From contig WELB01000014.1 of the NCBI GenBank assembly GCA_009602725.1, positions 398,893 through 462,892 on the forward strand: 64,000 nt of DNA, read 5' to 3'. The notes below the pieces were generated by a model. That model was not told where the DNA came from. It searched no databases and saw only the letters and a program-made list of their open reading frames with translations. This DNA comes from Spirogloea muscicola (taxonomy: Eukaryota). Made by a program: the position numbers and the translations under genes. The first letter of the stretch is position 1, and every line of letters starts with the position of its first letter. This document shows, piece after piece, positions 28,401-39,293 of this stretch.

Positions 28401-29726
28401 GCTGCCTCCCAGCTGCAACACAATTGGTCGTTGCACGGCCGGGAATGCCAGAAACTTATCCTGTACCCACATGACAGAGCTCTTACAGCAATTAGAAGAA
28501 TTGAAGATTTGTTCCATCTTAAGTCTCTTGCATACTTTCGGTGCCACGAGCCAAATATTACTCATGCCTTTGAGAGTGGCATGTGAAGCTAGATCAAAGT
28601 AGAAATTTGGGGACTTTGAAACATATGAGGAATTTCAGATGTGGGCAGTAGCCATGCAGGTGGTAGACTTACTAGACGCTTTTGCTCCTCAATGTGTGTC
28701 AGGGTGTTGTCCACAACCATCTCGGTGTACAGCCATGTCTGCTTTGAGATCAAGCGAGCCAGTTGCCGATAGTGAACGTCTGTCCAGTCCATCATCGGAG
28801 CCACACTGCCACCGATGGCGTTACGACAAGTCAGTGCAAGTCTGACTAAGATTTAAGGCGCTATCATATGCGGGTACCACCAGCTGAGGAATCGAGCACA
28901 GTCATATAGATGCAGTCTTTTGTGACATGAGACACAGGCAATGAGCTGCCAAACCAAAGTCTATCTTCTGTAAAGCAAAAGCCAATTCTAATCTGAAAGG
29001 CTAGAGCCAAATTACTGGAGGTCATATTGACATACAGCATCCTTTCTCTAGGCGTCACCCATACAGCTTATTCACTATCTCTGTGACCTGCATTGTAAAC
29101 GACGCGCTTTGGCAGTTCCTAGATAGCACAAGGACGTCCCTGACGTACAAGCTAAATGACAAGGAGACTGTAGGCAGACTGCAAATCACATGTTTTTGGG
29201 CAAACGCCTGCAAGGCTTCTGGTATGCATCTGTCAGCAGTGCACCGGCATGAGTGCCGGCGCCACAGATGGTACGGACAATACTCGTAAGATCTTCATCA
29301 GCCGTGCGCCCACGAACACCGTGACCTGTGTGGGTCAGGATCTTCGGTCTGATCTCAGCTACTACTGTGGACCCTGAGCCTAACTCTCCAGGGCCCTACA
29401 CCTAAGTCCCAAACCTAAACCCTGCAGTGTTATCCGCGAATCGTCAGGGTTGCGTACCTCAAGCGAGGCGGGAGGTGGACCCGCAGACTGCTGCGCAAGC
29501 CGGCGTTCGGCTCAGCCTCACGAGTCCCAGGAGCAGCAAAGGCTGCGCTCAAAGTCACTGGCAACACTTTCTGGCCAGTCGGAACAGTGGATGGACTGCT
29601 GGCAGCCGTGGCGGCGCGCCTTGCGCCCCGTAGGAAGCCAGGAGCTGCTGCCCGAGAGCTCCTCCCGAGCTCAGCCCAGCGTCCGGGAGTCGTGAGGACG
29701 CCGGCAAGTGGCAGTCGCGGCGGCAT
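25433..29726 (-). CDS. dusA: tRNA-dihydrouridine(20/20a) synthase, DusA-type, probable organellar transit peptide; start codon uncertain
   Basis: [109 protein letters not shown]. Confidence 0.92.
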
Positions 29727-30506
29727 GACCGAGCCGCAGGTCAGGCGGCGATCAAGAGATGCTCGTCGACGGCAAATGGCTATAGCGCGGGCTCGGCCGC
29801 GAGGATTGTCAGCGCCGCCAGACGGCCGGATCCACACGGCAACCGCGACCGCGGCGCCTCCCTGCAGCGCCGGCATGGTCCTCGAGGGCCTTCACATGGC
29901 CGCCGCTGCGGCTGGCAGAGGCGAGGGAGAGGCCGGCCGGCCGCTGAAGCCCTGACTTGGACGCGCAGTACAGGCCGCGCGACGGGGCGGCGCGGCGCCC
30001 GGCGGCGGCGGCGGCAGCGNNNNNNNNNNNNNNNNNNNNNNNNNNNNNNNNNNNNNNNNNNNNNNNNNNNNNNNNNNNNNNNNNNNNNNNNNNNNNNNNN
30101 NNNNNNNNNNNNNNNNNNNNNNNNNNNNNNNNNNNNNNNNNNNNNNNNNNNNNNNNNNNNNNNNNNNNNNNNNNNNNNNNNNNNNNNNNNNNNNNNNNNN
30201 NNNNNNNNNNNNNNNNNNNNNNNNNNNNNNNNNNNNNNNNNNNNNNNNNNNNNNNNNNNNNNNNNNNNNNNNNNNNNNNNNNNNNNNNNNNNNNNNNNNN
30301 NNNNNNNNNNNNNNNNNNNNNNNNNNNNNNNNNNNNNNNNNNNNNNNNNNNNNNNNNNNNNNNNNNNNNNNNNNNNNNNNNNNNNNNNNNNNNNNNNNNN
30401 NNNNNNNNNNNNNNNNNNNNNNNNNNNNNNNNNNNNNNNNNNNNNNNNNNNNNNNNNNNNNNNNNNNNNNNNNNNNNNNNNNNNNNNNNNNNNNNNNNNN
30501 NNNNNN

Positions 30507-31060
30507 GTTCTTCCCGTTGGCAATTGACATCCATGGGGCACTGGGCGCTCGGTGGCTTGAGCTACTTAACCAGCTCGCCCGCCACGCAATCGCCCGTCGC
30601 TTCCATGGTGAACCGGTAGACTTTCCTGCAGCCGGGTCGCTGGCGCAAGTGTATCGCATGCGCTTGGCCGTCTCGCTGCAGAGGTCCATGGCCCATGCTG
30701 CACCTTCGTGCCGGACGAGCCCTCGCTGCTGCCTCTGGCTCTGTCCAGGGGACCCACTTCCAGGACCCTAGCCTCTCTGATTTGCGGCTGCTTAGCAGGG
30801 GTTACTGACTGATTTGTGGCTGCTTTCTTTCTTTGTGTGCTTTGGTTTCTTAGCGCTTCCTCTGGCTTCCTCTGGCCCCCTTCTCGTTATTTGTTCATTC
30901 TTTTTTGGGCTGGCTTGTCCAGCCCCTATCCTCAATGGGCGAGCCCTTTCTTGATGGTGGTGCGGCGCTTCCTCTGGCCCCCTTCTCGTACTTTGTTCAT
31001 TCTTTTTTGGGCTGGCTTTTCCAGCCCCTATCCTCAATGGGCGAGCCCTTCTTCCTTGAT
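30507..31060 (+). mobile_element. 3' end of CRE-like retrotransposon (RLE tail + 3' UTR with internal ~100-bp tandem duplication); 5' part in N gap
   Basis: PLAIDIHGALGARWLELLNQLA..YRMRLAVSLQRS matches PLAMDIHGCYGGRWSSLLSLLA..YRMRLSMSLQRS of 45876..47279. Ends SLSDLRLLSRGY*. 30699-30950 is closely similar to 53622-53865. Confidence 0.8.
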
Positions 31061-31348
31061 GGGGGTAAGGGGCTCTATGGGCGAGCTCTTTCTTTCTAGA
31101 GTTGTACCACTGCGGTGGCTCCCGCGACGTGCAGTCCGCCGTTGCCCCAACGACTGGACGCCGCTCCGGGGGGGGGGGCCGTCCCCCAACGGCACTCTCT
31201 CCAGGTATGGGCGAGCCCATCACAGCCCTTGCCCCCATTGGGAGTGCCACTTCTTCTCCAGGTATGGGCGAGCCCTTCTTCTCTCCTTTTTCTCCTGGCT
31301 GGCATTTCACAGCCGATTCTTTCATATCAGCAGCCGATTCAGCTTTTT

Positions 31349-31513
31349 AGGGCTTCGTACCTGACATCTAGTATTCATGCATCGGTTAGCGACCTTTATG
31401 TTTTGACCCGTGGATTTTGAGCGGGTCAACCTGCTGTAGGTTTTGTAGATATTTAGATGTGCTTGCTTGCCTTTGTACTTGGCCATTGGCCTATGTTTGT
31501 TTCAAATACACGA
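31349..31513 (+). mobile_element. 165-bp short interspersed element copy 1 (derived from CRE-like 3' end)
   Basis: Matches 42521..42685 with 2 mismatches and the same boundaries. Encodes SVSDLYVLTRGF*. Confidence 0.8.
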
Positions 31514-32065
31514 CATTTTCTCCAGGTGTTCGTGGCCTTCCGGCGTTCGTAACCATGGAGCTTCGGAGCTGGCCTTCCTACTTCACTCTCGGCTCTTCAT
31601 CAACGAGCAGGGCGCGCTCTAAGTCAGGCCTCCGGCTTTCGCGGCGGCGCTCCAGCTCCCCAAGTTAGCTTGTCAGATTTGTTTGTGCTCACCCGTGGGT
31701 ACTAATGTCATCTTAGGTACCTTAGATTAGGTCTCCGGATTATGTAGCCTTGTTTAGTCTGCACTCGACTCTGCCTGAACAATGTATTGGCTTGAATTGG
31801 CCTCCCTTTCAATTCATGCGCCCCGCGCGCCTTCCCCCCCTCTCGTCACAGCCTCGCCCCCCCCCTTGTGCTTGCCTTGTACTTGGCCACACATGGCCTC
31901 CCCATCTCTTAATATACACGCATTTTCTTCCCTTGGGAAGAGCCCGTTAGATATCACCAGCCGCGGTCGCTTTGGAGAAGCCTTCGTCTCACCGCAAGGA
32001 AGGGACAACTGCCGGCCCCCCCTGCACCCCGGCCGGCAGGCAGTCCGGCGGCGGCGCGAGGGGAC

Positions 32066-35060
32066 ATGGTGGCCCAGACGTCGCCGCGGAGCAGCTCGCC
32101 GCTGTTCGGCGCGGCGGCGGACGGCATGGCGCCCTCCGCCAAGCTCGCGCTGCACTCCGGGGCCCGCCTCTGCGCGCTGGCCGCCGCCGGCGTCGCCCTG
32201 GCGCTCGCGCTCCTCGTCGCCTTCGACCTCGGCGCGCGCCTGGCGCCCGGGGCGGGCCTCCACGACAGCCTGCTCGCGGACCCGGCTGCTGACGGCGCTG
32301 GCGGCCCGAGGCCGCACGTCCTGTCCAGCCTGATGGCCCCGAGCTGCTCCGCCAAGGCACGGCCGCTGTCACTGCTGTGGACGAAGCTCGGCTTGGAGAA
32401 GCTGACGACCGCAGCCGGTGGCAGAGCACAGAGCGCAGAGGCCATCCAAGCTCGCGTGCTCGCCCTCTGGACGCAGTGGAAGCCGCTTGTGCACCACGAG
32501 GATATCGTCGCCGGCTCATTGGAGGTGCAGGATGATGACGTTGTGGAAGTCTCGGAGCGCTTCGGAGGATCCGAGTCCCCCTCGCAGGACGAGCAGCAGA
32601 AGGCGACCAGGAGACGAGCGCCCGGCAGTGTCCCTCGCCCGCCCCACCTCGAGGAGTGTGCAGCTGCCACGTTGACTAAGGTTGCAGCATATGGCGACTC
32701 CCGCATGGAGGATGGCTCTGATCCGCCTTGGTCGAGGATAGCCATCCTCGCATCTCTGAACGAGACAGCACTGTAAGTACTGCCCCTCAATTATTCATTT
32801 GGTTGTGCTATCAAAATCCCTTTCAGTCTGGCTTACCTGCAACTGCTTCCTGACAGCTATTATCGGAAGTACAGGCTACCTTTCCCTGCAGCTCGTTGAT
32901 TTGCAGCTCTGCGTCGCCCTTGACTACGTTGCTGTTGATCATGCAGCCGAAGTACAGTCGATCCAGAGAATCCAATCTATGAACCATTGGTGGAGGGGCC
33001 ATATCCTCCTTGGGTGAAGGGTGCAGACAATGAGAATTATTTCCTGACTCGCCGTGTACAGCGTGACATCTGGCTGCACCAGCACCCACGTGACTGTTTT
33101 GCACCCGATATCAAGTGAGGACCTCCAGTAACGCCTGACTCTTGATCAATTACCAGGCTATTAGTACATCTGTTTCGTGCCTGCGCCTGTACCTGAGCCT
33201 GTCACTCAGGTGCTACTTGTGGCAAGGGGATTCACCTGTCTCTGATGAGCAGGCGACCTTAAATTATTTCATTGTTTATCTGCTCTACAATGCATGACCT
33301 GCGCCCTCCTTTCAGGTTCTTGTACGTCAAATTCACGCCAAGTGGAAAGCACGGCCTTGGAGCTCAGTTGGCAACCATGGCAGGAGCACTGGCCATAGCA
33401 ATGACTTCAGGGCGCATCCTGGTGATTGAGAACTTCGATCGCGCAGACCATGATGGTTGCCAAGGAGGTCATCGTAGCAAGTGGTCATGCTATGCTGCAC
33501 CAGAGACTTCTCAGGAGTGTAGAAGGCAAGTATTCTGTGGGACACTTACCCATCACTGCCACTGGCATGTAGGTGCGCATCTAAAGGTGATGAGTCAGAG
33601 GATGCTTGCCCACTAGCCAGTGATACTAGTCATACCTGAGCATTCATTGCATTGTTGTTGTTGCAGTCGGATGGCCGAGCTGATAAAGGACGTACGCAAT
33701 ATCAGGACAAGACTTATTGACCGGCGGGAAAATCATGGTGCCATGGAGTTTTGGTATCCAGAGCTTCCGTCCATTTGGGGGGAGCCGTGGGAACGGATGC
33801 AGCATACTCCAATGGTGGAAGCTGATAAGAAGCTTGTTCGACAGACGGGAGGGTATGTCAGACACCTGATCTTAAACTTGTTCAAAGATTGACTGCCTAA
33901 GCAGCAGGAGCACGTCTTTATTGACGCCAATTCCTCCACCAAGTACATCTTCTTCGTGCAATCTGAGTCCTTATTTTGTACCTGCAAACACCGTATGACC
34001 TCCCCTGAGAACAGGCGCGACAAATATCGATGGTGGAGAGCTCAGGCGTGGCGGTATCTACTGCGATACAAGACGGAGTATGTCTGCCGCCTCTTGAATG
34101 GTGCCAGACATGAAGCATTTGGACAGCTGGCCGCTGAGCAGACTGTAGTTGCACAGCTTGCAGAGGAGCATCGTAAGAAGACCATCCTCTCTGACAACAA
34201 ACAACTGTTGGGGGTACCATTCAAAGGTAAGAGCTCCTCTTCAAGACTCGTAGAGTTTGTGTGTCACCAGGCTATGTCAGCTAGTTCACCCCTCTATACA
34301 TGTTGTCATTGTCTGCCATGCTTGGGGAAGTTGAGTATGGTGTAGAGTGCTGCAATTGGTCAACTAGCAATGATGTTTCTCTTTACATCTGTAGTCAACT
34401 ATGTGATCTGCAGGTGAACTGGAAACAGAAGTCTGGGAGAGGTATGGGAGTCCATGGGTGCCGCGCCCATTGCTGAGCTTGCATGTCAGAATGGGAGACA
34501 AGGCTCAGGAGATGCGCATGGCTGGCTTCAACGAGTATATGAACCTTGCGGAGCGCGTTCGCCGTCATGCCCCTTCTGCCTATCATGTGTGGTTAAGCAG
34601 CGAGATGCAAGAGGTGAGCAGGCTTACTACGGGCAGTCATCAGGGGGGTGTCGTTGTGCTGCGAAGATGGGGGACTAGAGCAAACAGGTCAAGAAGACAT
34701 TGCTCGTAACAAGCCACATGCACTACTCTTTTGCAGGTTATCGATCAGGCGCAACGCTACCCAGGTTGGAATTGGATGTACACAAATGTACAGCGTCAAG
34801 TGGGCAACGAGAGCATGCCATCATATGAGCGAAGCCTGGGGACGCGCAAGAGCAGCGAGAATGCGTTTGTCAATCTTTTCATGGCCGCTGAGGCCGACTA
34901 CTTCGTGGGTGCTCTTGGTTCTGGCTGGTGTTATCTTATTGATGGCCTGAGGTGCACAGGTGGCAAGATGCTAAATGGGTACCTCAGCGTGAATGGAGAT
35001 AGACACTGGGTGATCTCCACGTTACTGCCCCCACCTTTGCTTGAACGACCTGTCTTTTGA
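32066..35060 (+). CDS. Alpha-1,6-fucosyltransferase-like (GT23-related, At5g28910-like) type II membrane glycosyltransferase
   Basis: N-terminal TM, YPPWVKGADNENYFLTRRVQRDIWLHQHP, HGLGAQLATMAGALAIA, RWWRAQAWRYLLR, LSLHVRMGDKAQEM (HVRxGDK), ADYFVGALGSGWCYLIDGLRCTGGK. Confidence 0.85.
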
Positions 35061-35778
35061 CATCATCCATGACTTGGGCTGGCTCCTCTTCTACGACCAC
35101 TGAAGGTCACACATCTGGTACGGGCTTAGGTTCCTCTGTCAGTCCTCCGAGGTGTCACTTTACAACGCCACTTACTAGGTTGGCTAGGAGTAGTAGGTCG
35201 TAGTTGTATTTATTCATTAATTCTTTGGGATGGCATTAGCAGGAATCATTCTTGATAGGGATAACAATAAGTCAAATGGCAAGATGCCCTTTAGCAGCTG
35301 TCTTCCCTCTGAAGGCTCTCAATAAGGCGCTCTGCAGTCTTTGCAGTGGTGCAGTGTTAAAAGACTGTAGCATAACATTGCCTAGACGGTAATGCAGCCA
35401 CAATACTCGTCGACCTGGTCACTACACATTGACTTGTAGTAGATGAGATGCAAAAAGCTCGCTAAGGGTGCAATTGCTGGGCTTAAAAGCTGGACACATA
35501 ATGCACACGAGAAAGCTTGAGGCCCTGTGGATGCAATATGTACACAAACTGCCTGGTGATCCAAGGGCACAGTCTGTGACCAGATGCAAGACCATGTGGA
35601 CCGTTTGTGTATTATGTCACAATATACAGGTGTACAACTTCAACACACAGCCCTGCAGTTAAGTGGCCACGATGGCCTGTGGAACTCCAACACAGCCTGT
35701 GCAACCGGCATGATGTGCACGTAGCACTCATTCAAAGTCCAGCTGCTGAGCTCGCTATGGGTGCATAGCAACTGATCG

Positions 35779-37004
35779 TCAGGAGGCCATTGTCACAGGA
35801 ATTGCCTCGGCCCGCAACCTTGGTCCATTATCTGGGGGGCCCATGCCACCTGCCGCATCTGCATCAAGTTGCGAGTGTGGCTTGGGCCCCTTCATCACCT
35901 TGACCCTGCCAGAAGTTAATAGTAGGTTGCTGTTGAGCATGACACTTTTGAGCGGTTACTGTCTTACTTGATCAGCACGTCCGGGTGAACATTCTGCAGC
36001 CAGCCTTGCACTGTACGTTTGATGATGAACATGTTCTATGCAGCCTACAATGCTCACCATCGAGGGAGAGCAGGATCAACTGCCAAATATATCCATATTG
36101 AGCAACTTGTAGAGAAGCAGGTTGAAGATGGACTTACTTTTTCTTGTGCAGCTTCGTCTTGACGTGCTCTTGCAGAGTCGTTTCCTTGTCAAAGTGCCGG
36201 CTGCACAGGCCATGACTGTGTCAAAGTCAAAAAATAAAGACTGCAGGTAGGAGCCCAGGTGATACAGCACAGTTCAATACTGACTGCTCTCTACTGCTCC
36301 AGAGAAGAAGGGTCTGAGTGGGAGCCTAGCTGACTTTTACTCTATAGACATGGTAATTGCGCTTGCAGCTTGTCGCAAATGCCAGCTGGTATTCTATCAC
36401 TGCAGCAAGTAATGCTATTCCATGCTTGTCAGAAGCAATTGCAGTAGGCTGCTTGCGCAACTATCTGATCACCCTTCAGGTGCGTCCTCCTTGCATCATC
36501 GCAAGGAGGAGGACCAGCGAGGACGGGAGCTCACTCGCAGTGAAGGCAGTAGAACCGGCCCAGGCCCGGCAGGTCCTCATCGAAAAGCTTCTCCGCCACA
36601 GCACCGCCGCCACTCTTTGCGGCAGCCTTGAGCTCGTCATAGATCATGTCCTCACGTAAGCGGCAGCACGAGTCAAGGAGGGCCCAGCGCCGCAGCTTCA
36701 ATCCACCTTCAGTGAGGTGCTGGCTGCCAAGCAAGGCAGCCTGCATCCTTCTGGAGGTGTACCGAGACGCACTAGAGTGGTGCTGCCTGGACCGACGCCT
36801 GGCCCCACGCAGGCAAGAAGCTAGGAGAAAGCCACTGGGAAACCATTGGGAAAGTCACTGTACTAAACAGCGGACTCTGAGATTCGTGGAGAAGAAGCCC
36901 TGAGTGGGGAGGATATCTTTGCGCAGGAACTTGGTGCGGCGAGCGCTCTTGTGCGAGAGCTTGCGCTTCTGGCCGCCTGCCCGGTTGTGCGGGCACCGCC
37001 CCAT
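35779..37004 (-). CDS. ZNF593: Zinc finger protein 593 / BUD20 homologue (60S biogenesis), 4 exons
   Basis: MGRCPHNR..KRKLSHKSARRTKFLRK/GEDMIYDEL..DEDLPGLGRFYCLHC/RHF..LQEHVKTKLHKKK/VKVMKGPKPHSQLDADAAGGMGPPDNG. Confidence 0.92.
36656..36916 (-). other. U12-type (minor spliceosome) AT-AC intron, 261 nt
   Basis: 5' site ATATCCTC, branch site TCCTTGAC (36672-36679), 3' end TTAC. Removal gives in-frame K-G-E-D-M. Confidence 0.92.
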
Positions 37005-37690
37005 GGCCCACACCCTCTCAGCAAGTCGTCTCACGGTGGCATGGCCGTCGACCCGCCGCCGCCGCCGGCCGTCGCCGCCGCCGCCGCGGCCGCCGCCAGT
37101 ACTGCCACCCCGTCCACGGCGCCCCCCGGCAGCGATCCTCTCTGCAGCCCCGCTGGACGTGCGGCTCACGCCGCTCCGGCAGCGGAGCCGGCTGCTGGCT
37201 GGCCGGCTCGGCCACGGAGGGATGGCCACGAAGAATTTCTGGCTCCGCGAGCTGCGGCGCGGCTCGCGGCGCCTTGCGCGGCGGCGGTCGACGCGGGCTC
37301 GGGGTCCGGGGGGAGAGGGGTTTGGGGTTTTGGAAAGAGCGCATTATGCGACGCATTATCGAGCTTGACCTCGCAGAGAGTGGGAGTTAAGCGCCGGGGT
37401 TTGATGGCAAGCGCCGCACGGACCGGGTAGTCACACCAGTCCTGTGCGTCCCGGGCTCGGCGACCTGGGGGGCGCGATACGTCCACAGATTGCAAAGAGT
37501 AAATGCGGCGGTGATTGAAGTCCATCATCGGGGCCATTCAGGTGGCGGCGGCTGCCCCAAAAACCCCAGTGCAGCAAATTGCTATATTCTTTCTTAAACC
37601 CCTTCCCAAGGGGTCCGGCGCCGCGGCGTTGGCGCCGGGCTGTGCGCCGCGATGTCCGGCGGCGCGCCTCCCCGGCGCCGGCGCGCCGCT

Positions 37691-38839
37691 ATGGCCGCGG
37701 CCGCAGAGGCCNNNNNNNNNNNNNNNNNNNNNNNNNNNNNNNNNNNNNNNNNNNNNNNNNNNNNNNNNNNNNNNNNNNNNNNNNNNNNNNNNNNNNNNNN
37801 NNNNNNNNNNNNNNNNNNNNNNNNNNNNNNNNNNNNNNNNNNNNNNNNNNNNNNNNNNNNNNNNNNNNNNNNNNNNNNNNNNNNNNNNNNNNNNNNNNNN
37901 NNNNNNNNNNNNNNNNNNNNNNNNNNNNNNNNNNNNNNNNNNNNNNNNNNNNNNNNNNNNNNNNNNNNNNNNNNNNNNNNNNNNNNNNNNNNNNNNNNNN
38001 NNNNNNNNNNNNNNNNNNNNNNNNNNNNNNNNNNNNNNNNNNNNNNNNNNNNNNNNNNNNNNNNNNNNNNNNNNNNNNNNNNNNNNNNNNNNNNNNNNNN
38101 NNNNNNNNNNNNNNNNNNNNNNNNNNNNNNNNNNNNNNNNNNNNNNNNNNNNNNNNNNNNNNNNNNNNNNNNNNNNNNNNNNNNNNNNNNNNNNNNNNNN
38201 NNNNNNNNNNNNNNNNNNNNNNNNNNNNNNNNNNNNNNNNNNNNNNNNNNNNNNNNNNNNNNNNNNNNNNNNNNNNNNNNNNNNNNNNNNNNNNNNNNNN
38301 NNNNNNNNNNNNNNNNNNNNNNNNNNNNNNNNNNNNNNNNNNNNNNNNNNNNNNNNNNNNNNNNNNNNNNNNNNNNNNNNNNNNNNNNNNNNNNNNNNNN
38401 NNNNNNNNNNNNNNNNNNNNNNNNNNNNNNNNNNNNNNNNNNNNNNNNNNNNNNNNNNNNNNNNNNNNNNNNNNNNNNNNNNNNNNNNNNNNNNNNNNNN
38501 NNNNNNNNNNNNNNNNNNNNNNNNNNNNNNNNNNNNNNNNNNNNNNNNNNNNNNNNNNNNNNNNNNNNGGCGGCCGCGGCGCTGCCCGGGCGCGCCGACC
38601 TCGCCCGCGCGGGCCTCAAGGCGCTCGCCGCTGCGGTGCTGGGCCACGACATGGAGAAGGACCGGCGCGTCACGCTGTCCGACTGGGCGCGCCGCGGCCT
38701 GGACGCCGCCCAGGTGCGCTACGCGTCGCTCGACGCCTGGGTCTCCTTCGCCATCCTCTCGGCGCTCACCTCAAAGCTGGGCGCCTCGAAGCTGGGCCAT
38801 GGGGCGCACGTCGCACCTGCCCTGCCTCCTGTTCTTTGA
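37691..38839 (+). CDS. WRN-type DEDDy 3'-5' exonuclease domain protein; middle lies in N gap, start tentative
   Basis: 38569-38839 reads GLKALAAAVLGHDMEKDRRVTLSDWARRGLDAAQVRYASLDAWVS (SDW..L...Q..YA..D ExoIII motif). Confidence 0.8.
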   Translation: MAAAAEAXXXXXXXXXXXXXXXXXXXXXXXXXXXXXXXXXXXXXXXXXXXXXXXXXXXXXXXXXXXXXXXXXXXXXXXXXXXXXXXXXXXXXXXXXXXXXXXXXXXXXXXXXXXXXXXXXXXXXXXXXXXXXXXXXXXXXXXXXXXXXXXXXXXXXXXXXXXXXXXXXXXXXXXXXXXXXXXXXXXXXXXXXXXXXXXXXXXXXXXXXXXXXXXXXXXXXXXXXXXXXXXXXXXXXXXXXXXXXXXXXXXXXXXXXXXXXXXXXXXXXXXXXXXXXXXXXXXXXXXXXXXXXXAAAALPGRADLARAGLKALAAAVLGHDMEKDRRVTLSDWARRGLDAAQVRYASLDAWVSFAILSALTSKLGASKLGHGAHVAPALPPVL

Positions 38840-39293
38840 CCTGGTTCTAGTCCCTTACAATTCTCCGCTATTTATTTAAAGTTACTCCAATAAAATCGCA
38901 TCGCAGTAAGCAATGTCCAATATTGTCGCGCTCAAGCAAAGTTCTCAAGGACGTCCAAGCTCCAAACAGACACATGAGTGGCAAGTGCCCCACCAGCAGG
39001 AGCCCTCGATTCTCAGGGCTAACTGCAGCCTGCCCACCACTTGGTTTAGAGTGCCCGCTTCATTGACACATCGCAACAATCATAAAAGTCAATGAATGAA
39101 TGAGCAAAATTAACGAGCCGCGGCTCACAAGCCCTGGGGCACAACCCTGCCCAGGGTCAGGCCTGCAGCTCCAATAAAGCTTTGTTAATCAGAAAAGCAG
39201 ACTCTTCGTCGTCCACAGCAAAAGGGTCCACCAGACAGCGGCGCGTGTGATCGTAAGCAGCCCTGCCTCGCAGAGGTTGTGCCGTCTGAACCA

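Noticed and set aside
29370..29425. Interstitial telomeric repeat
   Set aside because: Only a few degenerate CCTAA units in an intron, not an array.
30792..31420. Overlapping 100-180 aa ORFs in repeat islands (also 2037-2420, 24375-24957, 53494-54385)
   Set aside because: Translations of the T-rich 3' UTR/hairpin repeats with no protein motifs.
37166..37537. ORF starting MAPMMDF, resembling the DusA N-terminal APMMDW
   Set aside because: Similarity stops after 5-6 residues. The rest is GC-rich promoter sequence between ZNF593 and the exonuclease.
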